Source: Puniceicoccaceae bacterium
GTDB taxonomy: Bacteria > Verrucomicrobiota > Verrucomicrobiia > Opitutales > Oceanipulchritudinaceae
Assembly: GCA_040830765.1 (NCBI GenBank)
Contig: JBFOMH010000021.1
Span: forward strand, 64,001-128,000
Direction of reading: 5' to 3'
Length of the DNA stretch: 64,000 nucleotides
Shown here: one piece after another, positions 19,210-28,989 of the stretch
Layout: every line of letters begins with the position of its first letter
Position numbering within the stretch: the first letter of the stretch is position 1
Position numbers and translations under genes: made by a program
The notes under the pieces: generated by a model
Database searches by the model: none
Seen by the model: the letters and a program-made list of their open reading frames with translations, nothing else
What the model was told of the DNA's origin: nothing

Positions 19210-21960
19210 CTACCAATCCCTCCCCGACGTTTGCTCGCCAGCCTGTTTCTCCTGCGACAATTCCCCGGCGGGCAGGAACTGCTCGTTTTCACTGAGCGCG
19301 TTCAGCAGTTGACGGGCTTCCTCGCGGGTCATCTCAACCGGTTGGGCCGGCTGTTCTTCACTTTGTTGCTCTTCAGGCTGGGAAGGGCTTTCCTGTTCTC
19401 CCGGTTCTTCCTCCTCAGGCTGTTGCTCCTCATCCTGTTCGCCCTCGTCCGGCTGATCTTCCTGGTCCTGTTCCTCCTGGTCCTCTTGTTGCTCGTTCTG
19501 GTCCTGATCCTGTTGTTGATCCTGATTGTCCTGGTCCTGCTGATCCTGATCCTGGTCCTGGTCCTGGTTTTGGTCCTCGTTCTGCTGATCGTCCTGGTTG
19601 TCCGACTCGAAACGGGCAAAGAGGGTGTGTTCGGTTGACTGGACAGTCACGGTTGTCTGTGGACTTGACGGATCGGCCACTCCGGGACCTTCCCAGCCGA
19701 GGAAGGTATGGCCCTCCGCCGGGGTGGCACTGATTTCCACAGTTAAACCGACCGGGTGGTCGCCAGCTCCCTCGACGGTTCCGCCTTCTTCCGGATCCGG
19801 GACGATGACGAGGTTCCAGATACGGTTCATCTTGGCCGTGATGGCCTTATCACCCGTCATGGCGACGGTTGTCTGCTGGGCGGTGGCATCCTTGACACTG
19901 TCACCCAACCAGCCAACCCATTCAAAGCCATCCCGGGGTTCGGCCTGCACCGGGACAACGGAGAACTCTTCGAAAAAGCCGGACGGGCCGGCCTTGCCGC
20001 CAATAACGGGATCGACCTCGACGGTGAGCTTGAAGGCAGGCACGAAGGATGCCGTGACCGTCGTGTCCTCGGTCAGGGAGATTTCCTGTTCGGCCTGGGC
20101 GGGGTCCTGGAGTTCCAGTTCATCCGAGTCCCATTTGGAGAAGGCGAAATAGTCCTTTGCCTCAGCCTTGATGGTCACCGGTTCATCCTCCCGGTAGGTG
20201 CCCGAGGTACCGGCAGTGCCCATCGACTCATCCTCACTGAGGACAGTCAGCTTCCAGGTCTTGGCAAAAACCGCCGTGACCGTTGTATCCTGCTCCATGC
20301 GGACCATGGTTCTGGCACTGGAGGGTTCCTCGAGTCCCTCGCCCTGCCATTCGGAGAAGACCCATCCGTCGGCCGCCTTGGCCTCGACCTCCACCGGCAA
20401 CATATGAAATGAGGTACCGCCTTCCGTGACGCTACCGCCTTGCGGCGGTTCGGCCAGGGTTGTCAGGGTGTACGTATGGGCGGCAATGGTAGCCTGGATT
20501 TGCTCCAGATTCCGGCGGGAAGAGTCCCGTTCCTCGTCAAGGGCGAGAGCGTTTTCGAAATCCGTCTGGGCGGCCAGCCATTGTTCCTTGGTCACGGCCG
20601 GGTTTTCCTCCAGCAGGGAAAAGCCAAGGGCGACCCGGCTGTTGCCGGAATTGTGGAAGGCCTTTGCCTGCAAGCTGGTTTTCCCGGTGCGGATTGTCTT
20701 CTCGAAGCTGGCAATGGCTTGCTCGAAATTCCCCGCGCGGTAAGCGGAGACGCCAAGGTTGTAGGTCAGGCGCGGGTCTTCCGGGTCTTCGAGGGTGGCA
20801 TCGGTGTAGAGGGTGACGGACTCCTCGTAGCGACCATCCTTGTACGCCTTGGCAGCCTCCGTGGCCGGACTGGCGCAAACCGGCTGGGGCGTCGCCATGC
20901 CAAGAACGAGACCCATCGCCAGAAATAGGGCAATGTTGAAGGTTGAGCCGGCAGTCTGCCGCCGGCGGGTCGAAATTAGGCTTTCCAGAACCAACAGGAC
21001 CAGGGCCGGAACAAGAATCCACTGGAAGCGCTCGATAGGGATGCGCTGCAGGGATTCCTGCCGCTCCTCGGCGGGGAGTTGTGCCAGACTGAACTGGTAG
21101 ACCGTCTCGAGGCCGGTACCAGTCGGCCCCAGCGGGGCGTAGAGCCCGTTACTGACCTCGGCGATCCGCTTCAGCGTTCCTTCATCAAGGGAAGTCGAGA
21201 CGGGATTTCCACTGGCGTCGCGGAGAAACTCCACCTGGCCGTTGGGCCCGCGGATGGGAATCAGCTCGCTGCCCGTGGAGCCGACCCCGACGGTCAGGAT
21301 GCGGGTGCCTTTGGCGGTCGCCTCGCGGGCGCGGCTGATGCCACTGGCCTCAAGGTCCTCCCCGTCGGTTATGAGGATAAGGATGCGGTCGTTCTCTGTT
21401 TCCTCAAAATAGGCTTCCGCCTCATCGATGGCAGCGGCAATGTCGGTACCTCCCACCGGGATAGTCGTGGTGTCGACGGCGGCCAGCGTTTGCCGGAATG
21501 CCTGGTAGTCAAGAGTCAGGGGACATTGCAGAAAAGCGTTGCCGGCAAAGGCGATGAGCCCGACCCGGTCTCCCTGGACGGAATTGAGGAGGTCAAGGAT
21601 GGCCAGCTTGGAGCGCTCCAGCCGATTCGGGGAGATGTCCTCGGCCAGCATGCTGCGGGAGGTATCGAGGGCGATCATGATATCAATGCCCCGGGTTTCC
21701 GCCTTCTCCCAGTTGGCTCCCCATTGCGGACGGGCGAGACTGACGAATATCAAGAGGACAATGAAAAGAAGCACACCGTTCTTTATCCAGAGCCGCTGCC
21801 GTGAATGGGAACGGGTCAGCCGCTCAAGGAGCCCACCTTCGGCAAAGTCGTTCAGCCGCTGCCAGGCCCGCTTTTCCGTGAAGTAGAAAAAGCCACCAAG
21901 GAGAGCCACGACGAACAGTCCCCAGAGCAAGAATTCGGGTTTAGCAAACAACGGGTTCAT
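19210..21960 (-). CDS. BatB-BatC fusion: VWA domain + TPR + four InlB-B-like repeats + acidic Q/D/E tail
   Basis: LARPQWG, MIDAS DTSRSM, GDRVGLIAFAG, ITDGED; TPR (YNLGVSAY, HNSGN); four ~72-aa repeats; MTREEARQLL...RDW terminus typical of BatC. Confidence 0.85.
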   Translation of the reverse strand: MNPLFAKPEFLLWGLFVVALLGGFFYFTEKRAWQRLNDFAEGGLLERLTRSHSRQRLWIKNGVLLFIVLLIFVSLARPQWGANWEKAETRGIDIMIALDTSRSMLAEDISPNRLERSKLAILDLLNSVQGDRVGLIAFAGNAFLQCPLTLDYQAFRQTLAAVDTTTIPVGGTDIAAAIDEAEAYFEETENDRILILITDGEDLEASGISRAREATAKGTRILTVGVGSTGSELIPIRGPNGQVEFLRDASGNPVSTSLDEGTLKRIAEVSNGLYAPLGPTGTGLETVYQFSLAQLPAEERQESLQRIPIERFQWILVPALVLLVLESLISTRRRQTAGSTFNIALFLAMGLVLGMATPQPVCASPATEAAKAYKDGRYEESVTLYTDATLEDPEDPRLTYNLGVSAYRAGNFEQAIASFEKTIRTGKTSLQAKAFHNSGNSRVALGFSLLEENPAVTKEQWLAAQTDFENALALDEERDSSRRNLEQIQATIAAHTYTLTTLAEPPQGGSVTEGGTSFHMLPVEVEAKAADGWVFSEWQGEGLEEPSSARTMVRMEQDTTVTAVFAKTWKLTVLSEDESMGTAGTSGTYREDEPVTIKAEAKDYFAFSKWDSDELELQDPAQAEQEISLTEDTTVTASFVPAFKLTVEVDPVIGGKAGPSGFFEEFSVVPVQAEPRDGFEWVGWLGDSVKDATAQQTTVAMTGDKAITAKMNRIWNLVIVPDPEEGGTVEGAGDHPVGLTVEISATPAEGHTFLGWEGPGVADPSSPQTTVTVQSTEHTLFARFESDNQDDQQNEDQNQDQDQDQDQQDQDNQDQQQDQDQNEQQEDQEEQDQEDQPDEGEQDEEQQPEEEEPGEQESPSQPEEQQSEEQPAQPVEMTREEARQLLNALSENEQFLPAGELSQEKQAGEQTSGRDW
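19340..19603 (-). repeat. Low-complexity (DQ)n / Q-E-rich coding repeat
   Basis: Imperfect GA(C/T)CAG hexamer tandem encoding DQNQDQDQDQDQQDQDNQDQQQDQDQ. Confidence 0.75.
19606..20478 (-). repeat. Four tandem ~72-74 aa divergent InlB B-repeat-like (Flg_new_2-type) domains within the Bat fusion protein
   Basis: Each unit reads (Y/W/F)xLx(T/V)...G(G)x(V/A)xxxG...VxxxA...(G)xxFxxW...(D/E)P...(T/Q)xxxM...(V/I)TAxF; units start TYTLTT, TWKLTV, AFKLTV, IWNLVI. Confidence 0.75.
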
Positions 21961-22988
21961 TACGGCAGTCGGCGATAAAGGGTTCGTTTCAGGACAATGT
22001 CCAAAGCGAGCAGCAGCAGGGCAATGGCGATGGGGATGGGGAAGGCCTCGGTGTAGAGGCGCCGGACCTGAATCTCGACATCGGTTTTTTCCATGAGGTC
22101 GATTTCTGCGTAAATTTCGCGGAGGCTCCTCTCATCTGTGGCGTGGAAGTAGCGTCCAGAGGTTGTCTGGGCAAGGGCCTCCAGGGTTTCCAGATCGATA
22201 TCTGAACGGGCGGATCGCAGGAAGATGCTGCCATCCCGGGCCCGGGCGGGTTGTCCGTTGTTATCGAAGCGCGCGGGGAAGGGGACCATGCCGTCCCGTC
22301 CAACGCCAATGGAGTAAATCTTAATATCATAGGCCTTGGCGGCCTCGGCGGCGGCCATGGGTTCCAGCTGGCCGCGATTGTTGGCCCCGTCCGTGACCAG
22401 GATGATGCTCTTGGACTTCGCCGGAATGTCCCGCAGGCGGTTGGTAGCCGCCCCGATGGCGCTGCCGATGGCTGTCCCGTCCTCGATCTGGCCGATGCGC
22501 ATCTCCTCCAGGCGGCGTAGCAGCCAGTCATGATTCAGGGTCAGCGGACTGACCAGGTAGGGCTCGGCGGCAAAGGCGATCAGCCCGATGCGGTCATGCT
22601 CGCGGGCCTCGATGAAGTCCTCCACGACAGAGCGGACGACCGTCAAGCGGTCCTGCCGGACCCCATTGACCTCAAAGTCATGGGCCCACATGGAGGTGGA
22701 AAGGTCCAGGGCGATGACCAAATCGACCCCGCTGCTTTGGGTGCTGCTGAGTTCCTCGCCGGTGCGGGGCCGGGCCAGGGCCAGGATCAGGAATGCCACC
22801 GCGAGCCATTGCAGGGCGGCGCGCCATTTCCCTGGCCGCTGACGAACAAATGCGGCGACCTGGGAAGCCAGTATTGTGGAGGGAAACCGGATGGAGGCGC
22901 TTTGACCCGCCCGCCCCTGGAGCCAGAGCAGAAAGGGGACAAGAAGCAGGAGCAGGAGCCACCACGGTTCGGCAAAATCGAATATCAT
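21960..22988 (-). CDS. batA: BatA-like VWA domain membrane protein
   Basis: FAEPWWLLLL, LALARP, MIDAS DLSTSM, DRIGLIAFA, GTAIGSAI, TDGANN, IKIYSIGVG. Confidence 0.88.
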   Translation of the reverse strand: MIFDFAEPWWLLLLLLVPFLLWLQGRAGQSASIRFPSTILASQVAAFVRQRPGKWRAALQWLAVAFLILALARPRTGEELSSTQSSGVDLVIALDLSTSMWAHDFEVNGVRQDRLTVVRSVVEDFIEAREHDRIGLIAFAAEPYLVSPLTLNHDWLLRRLEEMRIGQIEDGTAIGSAIGAATNRLRDIPAKSKSIILVTDGANNRGQLEPMAAAEAAKAYDIKIYSIGVGRDGMVPFPARFDNNGQPARARDGSIFLRSARSDIDLETLEALAQTTSGRYFHATDERSLREIYAEIDLMEKTDVEIQVRRLYTEAFPIPIAIALLLLALDIVLKRTLYRRLP

Positions 22989-23524
22989 GCCGATGCTACC
23001 TCCCTTTCCGTTTCGGTGTCATTGGACAATGCGTTATCCGTTTCCCGGACCACAATCCCGGCAGTCTCAAGGAGCAACTCCCTTTGGGTTTCGGCAAGGA
23101 CCTGGCGGGCAAACTTGACGAGGTCACATTGATCGAGGAAGCGGGGCATCCTGGCCTGCAGGACATCCGGGAGTCCGCTGCGGGTATGCAATTCATGCAG
23201 GAATTCCTCGGAGGTCTGCTCCTTTGCCGGAATGCGCATGGCGGTTTCGAGGTAATCCCGGACAATGTCAGAAACTTCGACAATGAAGGGTTCGGCTTCC
23301 ATCCCTTCCGCTTCCGCTTGCAGTCGGTCGAGCCGTTCCATGGCAATTTCCAGGGGAGATTGCTGGTTCTCCAGAACCGTTCTGGAGCCCGGTTTGCGGT
23401 TCTTCAAGACCCTCCGCACCAAGGCGATGAGGAGGAACAGGGCGACCACAATCAGCGCCGCCAGCCCGAGCAGGGCCATCAAGCCTATCCTTACCGGTCC
23501 GTCTATGTCAGCAAAAGCCTCCAT
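22985..23524 (-). CDS. DUF4381-like membrane protein of Bat/MoxR operons
   Basis: N-terminal TM; VRDYLE...EQTSEEFL...DLVKFA motif; position between DUF58 and VWA genes. Confidence 0.75.
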   Translation of the reverse strand: MEAFADIDGPVRIGLMALLGLAALIVVALFLLIALVRRVLKNRKPGSRTVLENQQSPLEIAMERLDRLQAEAEGMEAEPFIVEVSDIVRDYLETAMRIPAKEQTSEEFLHELHTRSGLPDVLQARMPRFLDQCDLVKFARQVLAETQRELLLETAGIVVRETDNALSNDTETEREVASA

Positions 23525-24456
23525 CAGCGTCGTCTCTCCCTTTGTTTAAAGAAAGCCCGCAATGCCGATATGTAGGGTTCCTGGGTGTGGACGCGAAAGT
23601 GGTCCACCCCGGACCGGATAAAGGTTTCCTTCATTCGCTGCAGTCGCTGTTGATTCTGGTGCTCATACATTCCCCGCAACTTCGGATCGGAGGTGTTGAC
23701 CTCCAGTTGCTGGCCGGTCTCGGCGTCCTCAAGAACGACCCAACCGACTTCCGGAAGGACGGATTCCCGGGGATCATGCAGGTCGACACAAATAAGGTCG
23801 TGCCGCTTTCCCGTTAGGGTGAGCATCTTTTGCAAATCTCCCTGTTTCTCCCGGGTGGAGGGTCGGAGCCAGGCCTGGCTTTCCTCGGTCAGGAAGTCGC
23901 TGACCAGGAAACAGACGGCCTTGCGCCGGATAAGGCGATTGAGGGTACGGAGGGCACTGTTGATATCCGTTCCGCGCCGCTTCGGTTCGTAGAAAAGGAT
24001 TTCCCGGATGACCCGGAGGACGTGGGAGCGCCCCTTCTTGGGCATGATGATAGTCTCGACCTCGTCGGAGAAAAGCAGGAGGCCGACCTTGTCGTTGTTC
24101 CGGGTGGCGCTGAATGCGAGGACGCTGGCCAGCTCGGCGGCGAGTTCCCTTTTTGTCTGGGCCACGCTGCCAAAATCCCCGGAAGCGGAAATGTCGACCA
24201 GTAGCATGATGGTCAGTTCGCGCTCCTCCTCATAGACCTTGATGAAGGGCCGGTCCATCTTGGCAGTGACGTTCCAGTCGATGGAGCGCACATCGTCGCC
24301 CGGCTGGTATTCGCGAACCTCGGCAAAGTCCATGCCCTGGCCCTTGAAGACACTGTGGTAGGCGCCGACGAGGGACTCGTCGACAAACTTCCGGCTCCGG
24401 ATTTCCACCTGCCGGACCTTGCGCAAAATTTCGCGTGTGCGTTCTGAAGGGGTCAT
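23524..24456 (-). CDS. DUF58 domain-containing protein
   Basis: GAYHSVFKGQGMDFAEVREYQPGDDVRSIDWNVTA, EERE, DISASG. Start chosen at ATG 24456. Confidence 0.92.
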   Translation of the reverse strand: MTPSERTREILRKVRQVEIRSRKFVDESLVGAYHSVFKGQGMDFAEVREYQPGDDVRSIDWNVTAKMDRPFIKVYEEERELTIMLLVDISASGDFGSVAQTKRELAAELASVLAFSATRNNDKVGLLLFSDEVETIIMPKKGRSHVLRVIREILFYEPKRRGTDINSALRTLNRLIRRKAVCFLVSDFLTEESQAWLRPSTREKQGDLQKMLTLTGKRHDLICVDLHDPRESVLPEVGWVVLEDAETGQQLEVNTSDPKLRGMYEHQNQQRLQRMKETFIRSGVDHFRVHTQEPYISALRAFFKQRERRR

Positions 24457-24482
24457 GCCACGAAGGGATGGCCTGTTACTGA

Positions 24483-25481
24483 TCAGGGAACAGGAACGGT
24501 CTCGAGGATACGCTGGACAACCCGCTCGGTGCTCCACTCCTCAGCTTCCGCCTCGTAGGTGAGCATGATGCGGTGCCTCAGGATGTCCGGGGCAATGGAT
24601 TTGACATCCTGTGGGGTGACGTAGCCGCGCCCGTTGAGGAAGGCCCAGGCCTTGGCGGCGAGGGTTAGGAAGATGGTCGCCCGCGGGCTGCCGCCAAACT
24701 GAATCAGCGGCTTCAATTCCTCGAGGCCGTGGTTCTCCGGTTCGCGGCTGCAAAAGACCAGCTCAATGATGTAGTTGCTGATTTTCGGATCGAGGTAGAT
24801 TTCGTTGACGGTACTGCGGGCGGAGAGGATCTGCTCCGGAGTGACGACTGCTGAAGCGGTTGGCTTTTCTCCAGTTGTGGCCATGCTTTGGAGGATCTTC
24901 AACTCCTCCTCCTTCGAAGGATAACCAATCTGCAGCTTGAGCATGAAGCGGTCAACCTGGGCCTCCGGCAGCGGGTAGGTGCCTTCCTGGTCGATGGGAT
25001 TCTCAGTGGCCAGGACAAGGAACGGATGGGGCAGGTCAAAGGTGTGTTCACCAATGGTGACCTGCCGTTCCTGCATGGCCTCGAGGAGGGCGCTCTGCAC
25101 TTTCGCCGGGGCACGGTTGATCTCATCGGCAAGGACGATATTGGAGAACACCGGACCTTTCTTGGTAGAGAACTCCCCGGATTTGGGATTGTAGATGAGG
25201 GTACCGATGATGTCCGCGGGGAGGAGATCCGGGGTAAACTGGATCCGGGAAAACTCCGCGTGGATGGAGTCGGCCAAGGTTCGGACAGAGAGGGTCTTGG
25301 CCAGCCCCGGGACACCTTCCAGGAGTACGTGGCCGTTGGCCAACAGGCCAACAAGCAAACGGTCGATGAGATACTGCTGACCAATGATGACCTTGCCGAT
25401 TTCGTCTCGCAAGGTGCTTATCCAATCCGCCTGCTGGCGGACCTTCTCGTTAATCGCTTCAAGATTAAATGATTCTGACAT
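24483..25481 (-). CDS. moxR: MoxR-family AAA+ ATPase
   Basis: GHVLLEGVPGLAKT, RIQFTPDLLPAD, LADEINRAPAKVQSALLEAMQE, EGTYPLPEAQVDRF, GGSPRA. Confidence 0.95.
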   Translation of the reverse strand: MSESFNLEAINEKVRQQADWISTLRDEIGKVIIGQQYLIDRLLVGLLANGHVLLEGVPGLAKTLSVRTLADSIHAEFSRIQFTPDLLPADIIGTLIYNPKSGEFSTKKGPVFSNIVLADEINRAPAKVQSALLEAMQERQVTIGEHTFDLPHPFLVLATENPIDQEGTYPLPEAQVDRFMLKLQIGYPSKEEELKILQSMATTGEKPTASAVVTPEQILSARSTVNEIYLDPKISNYIIELVFCSREPENHGLEELKPLIQFGGSPRATIFLTLAAKAWAFLNGRGYVTPQDVKSIAPDILRHRIMLTYEAEAEEWSTERVVQRILETVPVP

Positions 25482-25646
25482 AAGATTATCGGGTTATGGG
25501 CACATAAATCTGACCCTTCCAATCGCAAAAGATTCAATAATTGACCGTGGACGGTCGATTCATCAAGCCTCAAGGCGTAATTCCTGCCCCAGCCGGTTCA
25601 TTTTTGGGTTGCTGCTATAGTCAACTGCAGAAGACTGAGCCTCCTT

Positions 25647-27812
25647 ATGGTTTCCCTCCGGCATCGAGGTATTTTCTTCAGGTTGCTGTGGCACATCGGA
25701 CATAGCCCATTGCGGCTGTTCGAGGTCCTTCAATTTACGCTGCTGGCTTGGATTCTCGTCCAGACGCTCGTCGGCTTCGGAGGATTCCTTGCTTTTGGCC
25801 GGAACATGATGGGAGTTTCCAAGGCCCTAATCTTCCTGGCAGCCGTCCATGCCCTGATCATATGTTTCCGGGATAAGCGTCCAGGGATCGACTGGGAACT
25901 GCTCGTTCCTCTACCATTCGTTGTCTACGCATGGTTCCACTTCCAGTTTGTCAGTCCTTACGGGATGGAGTCCGGCAGCCTTCTGGCAGCGTTGGTGCAG
26001 GCCTATGCCCTCTATTTCATCACCGTCAACAGCATCCATGGCAACCGAACTGGCAAATGGTTTGTGGCCATTGTCCAGATTGTCACAGCGGTTGCCCTCA
26101 CAGGGGCGATCCTGCAGTTTTATTTGTTTCCGGAATGGATTGTTGATCCGGAACGGTCGCGGAATCCGGCTTATGCATTCGGGGCGGGCGGTTTCCTGCA
26201 GGACCCGCGCAATCTCGGGGCAATCCTTGTCGCCATGCTGCCGCTAAGTTTTTTCCTGGCGATCAAGTACTACCGGGCGGGTCCTTCCTGGCTCTGGCAA
26301 TGTGCCATGGCAACCGCCCTGTTTGTCGGATTCTGGATAAGCGCTGATCGTGCGGGATGGCTGGCGATGGGAGTCGTTGTCCTGGCACTTCCCTTAATGG
26401 CCAGTGGCGAGTGGCGGGCCCGGTTGAAAATGTGGCGTAATTTTGCCGTTGGCTTGGGTATTGCCGGCCTCTTCGCCTGGTTTGCCACACAGGCCTTGCA
26501 TGACCGAATGTCCTACTATGCCGGCGATTCCGCGGATGAGCTCGGGAACCTCAGCCGTGAGGTTGCCTGGTCACAGTTTGCGGAAAGCCCCCTGCTGGGG
26601 AATGGATTGGGTTCCTTTGTTCACCATTGGGAGGCGCATGTGTCGAAATACAGCGAATCGGTGTCCACCTACACGGTTTCGATTTATGCGGATTTGCTGG
26701 CGGAGACGGGAATGTTGGGATTGGTCCTTGCCCTCGGTCCCTTCCTGCTCCTTCTCGCATCCGGTTACAGGGCCTGGCAGCGGACACCGCATAGGAAGAT
26801 CAACAAGGAAGTGCTCGGTCGCATCAGCAACCTGCCCGACGGGCATCCGTTGAAAAAGCGACTCCTGAAAGAAAAGGGCCGTATTCCTTCACAGAAATCA
26901 ATCCTCGGTGGACTTCTCCTCGGTCTGGTCGGTCTGATGATATACGTTGGTTGGGATACGGCCATGCGGCTGCCATTTGTCCTTTTTTTCACAGCTGTCA
27001 TGGTGGGGATGCTGGTCGGGCAAGTCCGGCAGCACGCGTTTCCTCACCAGCGGGGCAAACTTTGGATCCTGGTGGCCATCGTGCCGCTGGCGCTGGCTGT
27101 CTGGGCGGCTTCCTTCGGAAATCGCCATTATTATGCCAGTTACCTTGCCTATACGGCCGGGGAGGAGTTGAACGAGCTGCATGGCGATCCCGACCAGATT
27201 TTCCAGGATCCGGGAGCGGTTCACTACATTGCCAGTCAATTCAAGCTGTCCCTTGATCTCGTCCCCTCGAATCCGACCGCCTTGGTGGGCCTCGGCAACA
27301 GCCACCTGGCCTATCTGGAGGCACGACTGGAGCCCAGTGAAGCCGTTGCGCAGAGGGCTGCTGATCCACTCTCGAAGGCCCAGTCCATGGCCCCGGATTC
27401 CTGGTTGGCGAGTTTCAGCCTTGGCCGGACAATGGCAATCCTCGGAGCTCCGGAAGCGGAGGTAATCGTCCTTCTTCGCCGCTCCATCGAGTTGGCCCCG
27501 AACCGGCCGGAGCCGGCTGCTCTGCTGGGGAGCCTCCTCTTGCTGGAGGATCCGGGTTCGGTTGAAGGATTGGAATTCCTGGAACACGCCCTCTCCCTCA
27601 AGCCGGACTACCTGCCGGCAGTGAATTCCCTGCGCCGGAACCGTACCCGTTCCGGTAGTTCGCAACAAACCGCGGATGCGCCGTTGAGGTTGACGATCAC
27701 ACCGGCTATCCTGGCAGAGCAATTCAAACTTGTTCCCCGGGGCCCCGATCGGGTGCTGGGGGCCGGCCTGCCGCGTCCGGATGTTCAACCGGACCCGCTT
27801 GGCGAATCCTGA
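25647..27812 (+). CDS. O-antigen ligase/Wzy_C-like polytopic membrane protein with C-terminal TPR region
   Basis: Many TM helices; DRAGWLA, PLLGNGLGSF, LLAETGMLG motifs; C-terminal TPR-like helices. Confidence 0.7.
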   Translation: MVSLRHRGIFFRLLWHIGHSPLRLFEVLQFTLLAWILVQTLVGFGGFLAFGRNMMGVSKALIFLAAVHALIICFRDKRPGIDWELLVPLPFVVYAWFHFQFVSPYGMESGSLLAALVQAYALYFITVNSIHGNRTGKWFVAIVQIVTAVALTGAILQFYLFPEWIVDPERSRNPAYAFGAGGFLQDPRNLGAILVAMLPLSFFLAIKYYRAGPSWLWQCAMATALFVGFWISADRAGWLAMGVVVLALPLMASGEWRARLKMWRNFAVGLGIAGLFAWFATQALHDRMSYYAGDSADELGNLSREVAWSQFAESPLLGNGLGSFVHHWEAHVSKYSESVSTYTVSIYADLLAETGMLGLVLALGPFLLLLASGYRAWQRTPHRKINKEVLGRISNLPDGHPLKKRLLKEKGRIPSQKSILGGLLLGLVGLMIYVGWDTAMRLPFVLFFTAVMVGMLVGQVRQHAFPHQRGKLWILVAIVPLALAVWAASFGNRHYYASYLAYTAGEELNELHGDPDQIFQDPGAVHYIASQFKLSLDLVPSNPTALVGLGNSHLAYLEARLEPSEAVAQRAADPLSKAQSMAPDSWLASFSLGRTMAILGAPEAEVIVLLRRSIELAPNRPEPAALLGSLLLLEDPGSVEGLEFLEHALSLKPDYLPAVNSLRRNRTRSGSSQQTADAPLRLTITPAILAEQFKLVPRGPDRVLGAGLPRPDVQPDPLGES

Positions 27813-27817
27813 TGAAC

Positions 27818-27846
27818 AAAAAAAGCCCCGACATACGCCGGGGCTT
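27818..27846 (-). terminator. Rho-independent terminator of mdh (possibly bidirectional)
   Basis: Stem AAGCCCCG/CGGGGCTT with an A-run on its left, between convergent genes. Confidence 0.72.
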
Positions 27847-27869
27847 GGAGAATTGGGGCTAGTAAATCC

Positions 27870-28859
27870 TTAAATGATGCCCAGCTCGCTGACGGTTGCG
27901 TGCTCGCCTTTCAGTTCATCAACACTCGCCTGGACCTTGCCCTGGCTGTATTCGTTGAGTTCAAGGCCGGAGACGATTTCCCAGGATCCGTCCGCCTTGG
28001 TGCGGATGGGGAAACTTGTCAGCAGGCCGGCTTCGGTCCCGTATTCGCCGTTGCTGCAGACAGCGACGCTGAACCAGTCGCCTTCCGGTGTCGGGTTGCT
28101 CAGCGAGACTACCGTATCGACGACAGCATTGGCCGCGCTGGCGGCTGAAGAGGCGCCACGGGCCTGGATGATGGCCGCGCCCCGCTTGCCCACTGTCGGG
28201 ACAAAAGTCTCCTTCAGCCAGGCTTCATCAGCAATGACTTCGTCAGCGGCCTTGCCACCGATACGGGCATTGTAGAAATCGGGGAACATGGTGGGGGAGT
28301 GGTTGCCCCAGATGGCCAGATTGGAAACCTCGGTGACATCGACACCGGCTTTTTGGGCCAGCTGCGTCTTGGCGCGGTTTTCGTCCAGCCGGGTCATGGC
28401 AAACCAACGGTCGGCCGGGACTTCCGGTGCGCTCTTCATGGCAATCATGCAGTTGGTGTTGCAGGGATTGCCGACAACGAGGACGCGGACATCCTTGGCG
28501 GCGCTGCGGGCAATGGCCTGGCCTTGCCCGGTGAAGATCTTGCCGTTGATACCGAGAAGGTCGGAGCGTTCCATGCCCGCCTTGCGGGGCACCGAGCCAA
28601 TCAGGAGAGCCCAGTTGACATCCTTGAAGCCTTCGTCGAGGTCAGAGGTGGCAACAATGTCCTTCAGGAGGGGAAACGCACAGTCGTCGAGTTCCATGCA
28701 GACGCCCTTGAGGGCATTCATGGCCGGCTGAATTTCAATCAGGTTGAGGGCGACCGGTTGATCCGGACCAAACATAGCCCCTGATGCAATGCGAAAGAGC
28801 AGACTGTAGCCTATGTGGCCAGCGGCTCCGGTTACGGCGATGCGAATTGGTTCTTTCAT
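27870..28859 (-). CDS. mdh: Malate dehydrogenase (MDH type 2)
   Basis: [52 protein letters not shown]. Confidence 0.96.
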   Translation of the reverse strand: MKEPIRIAVTGAAGHIGYSLLFRIASGAMFGPDQPVALNLIEIQPAMNALKGVCMELDDCAFPLLKDIVATSDLDEGFKDVNWALLIGSVPRKAGMERSDLLGINGKIFTGQGQAIARSAAKDVRVLVVGNPCNTNCMIAMKSAPEVPADRWFAMTRLDENRAKTQLAQKAGVDVTEVSNLAIWGNHSPTMFPDFYNARIGGKAADEVIADEAWLKETFVPTVGKRGAAIIQARGASSAASAANAVVDTVVSLSNPTPEGDWFSVAVCSNGEYGTEAGLLTSFPIRTKADGSWEIVSGLELNEYSQGKVQASVDELKGEHATVSELGII

Positions 28860-28989
28860 ATTAATTTATCTTATTTGGGTTTAAATATAATAAAACTTTA
28901 GCTAATAGTAATCCGATCGATGGCAAGCCCATTCGACCAGCAATTTGCATTATGCCGCAGTCTAATTCCCGGAGCGGGAAAAGGCACGC

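Noticed and set aside
19340..19603. Short tandem DNA repeats as a CRISPR array or phase-variation tract
   Set aside because: Imperfect in-frame hexamers encoding the normal acidic BatC linker; no spacers or cas genes.
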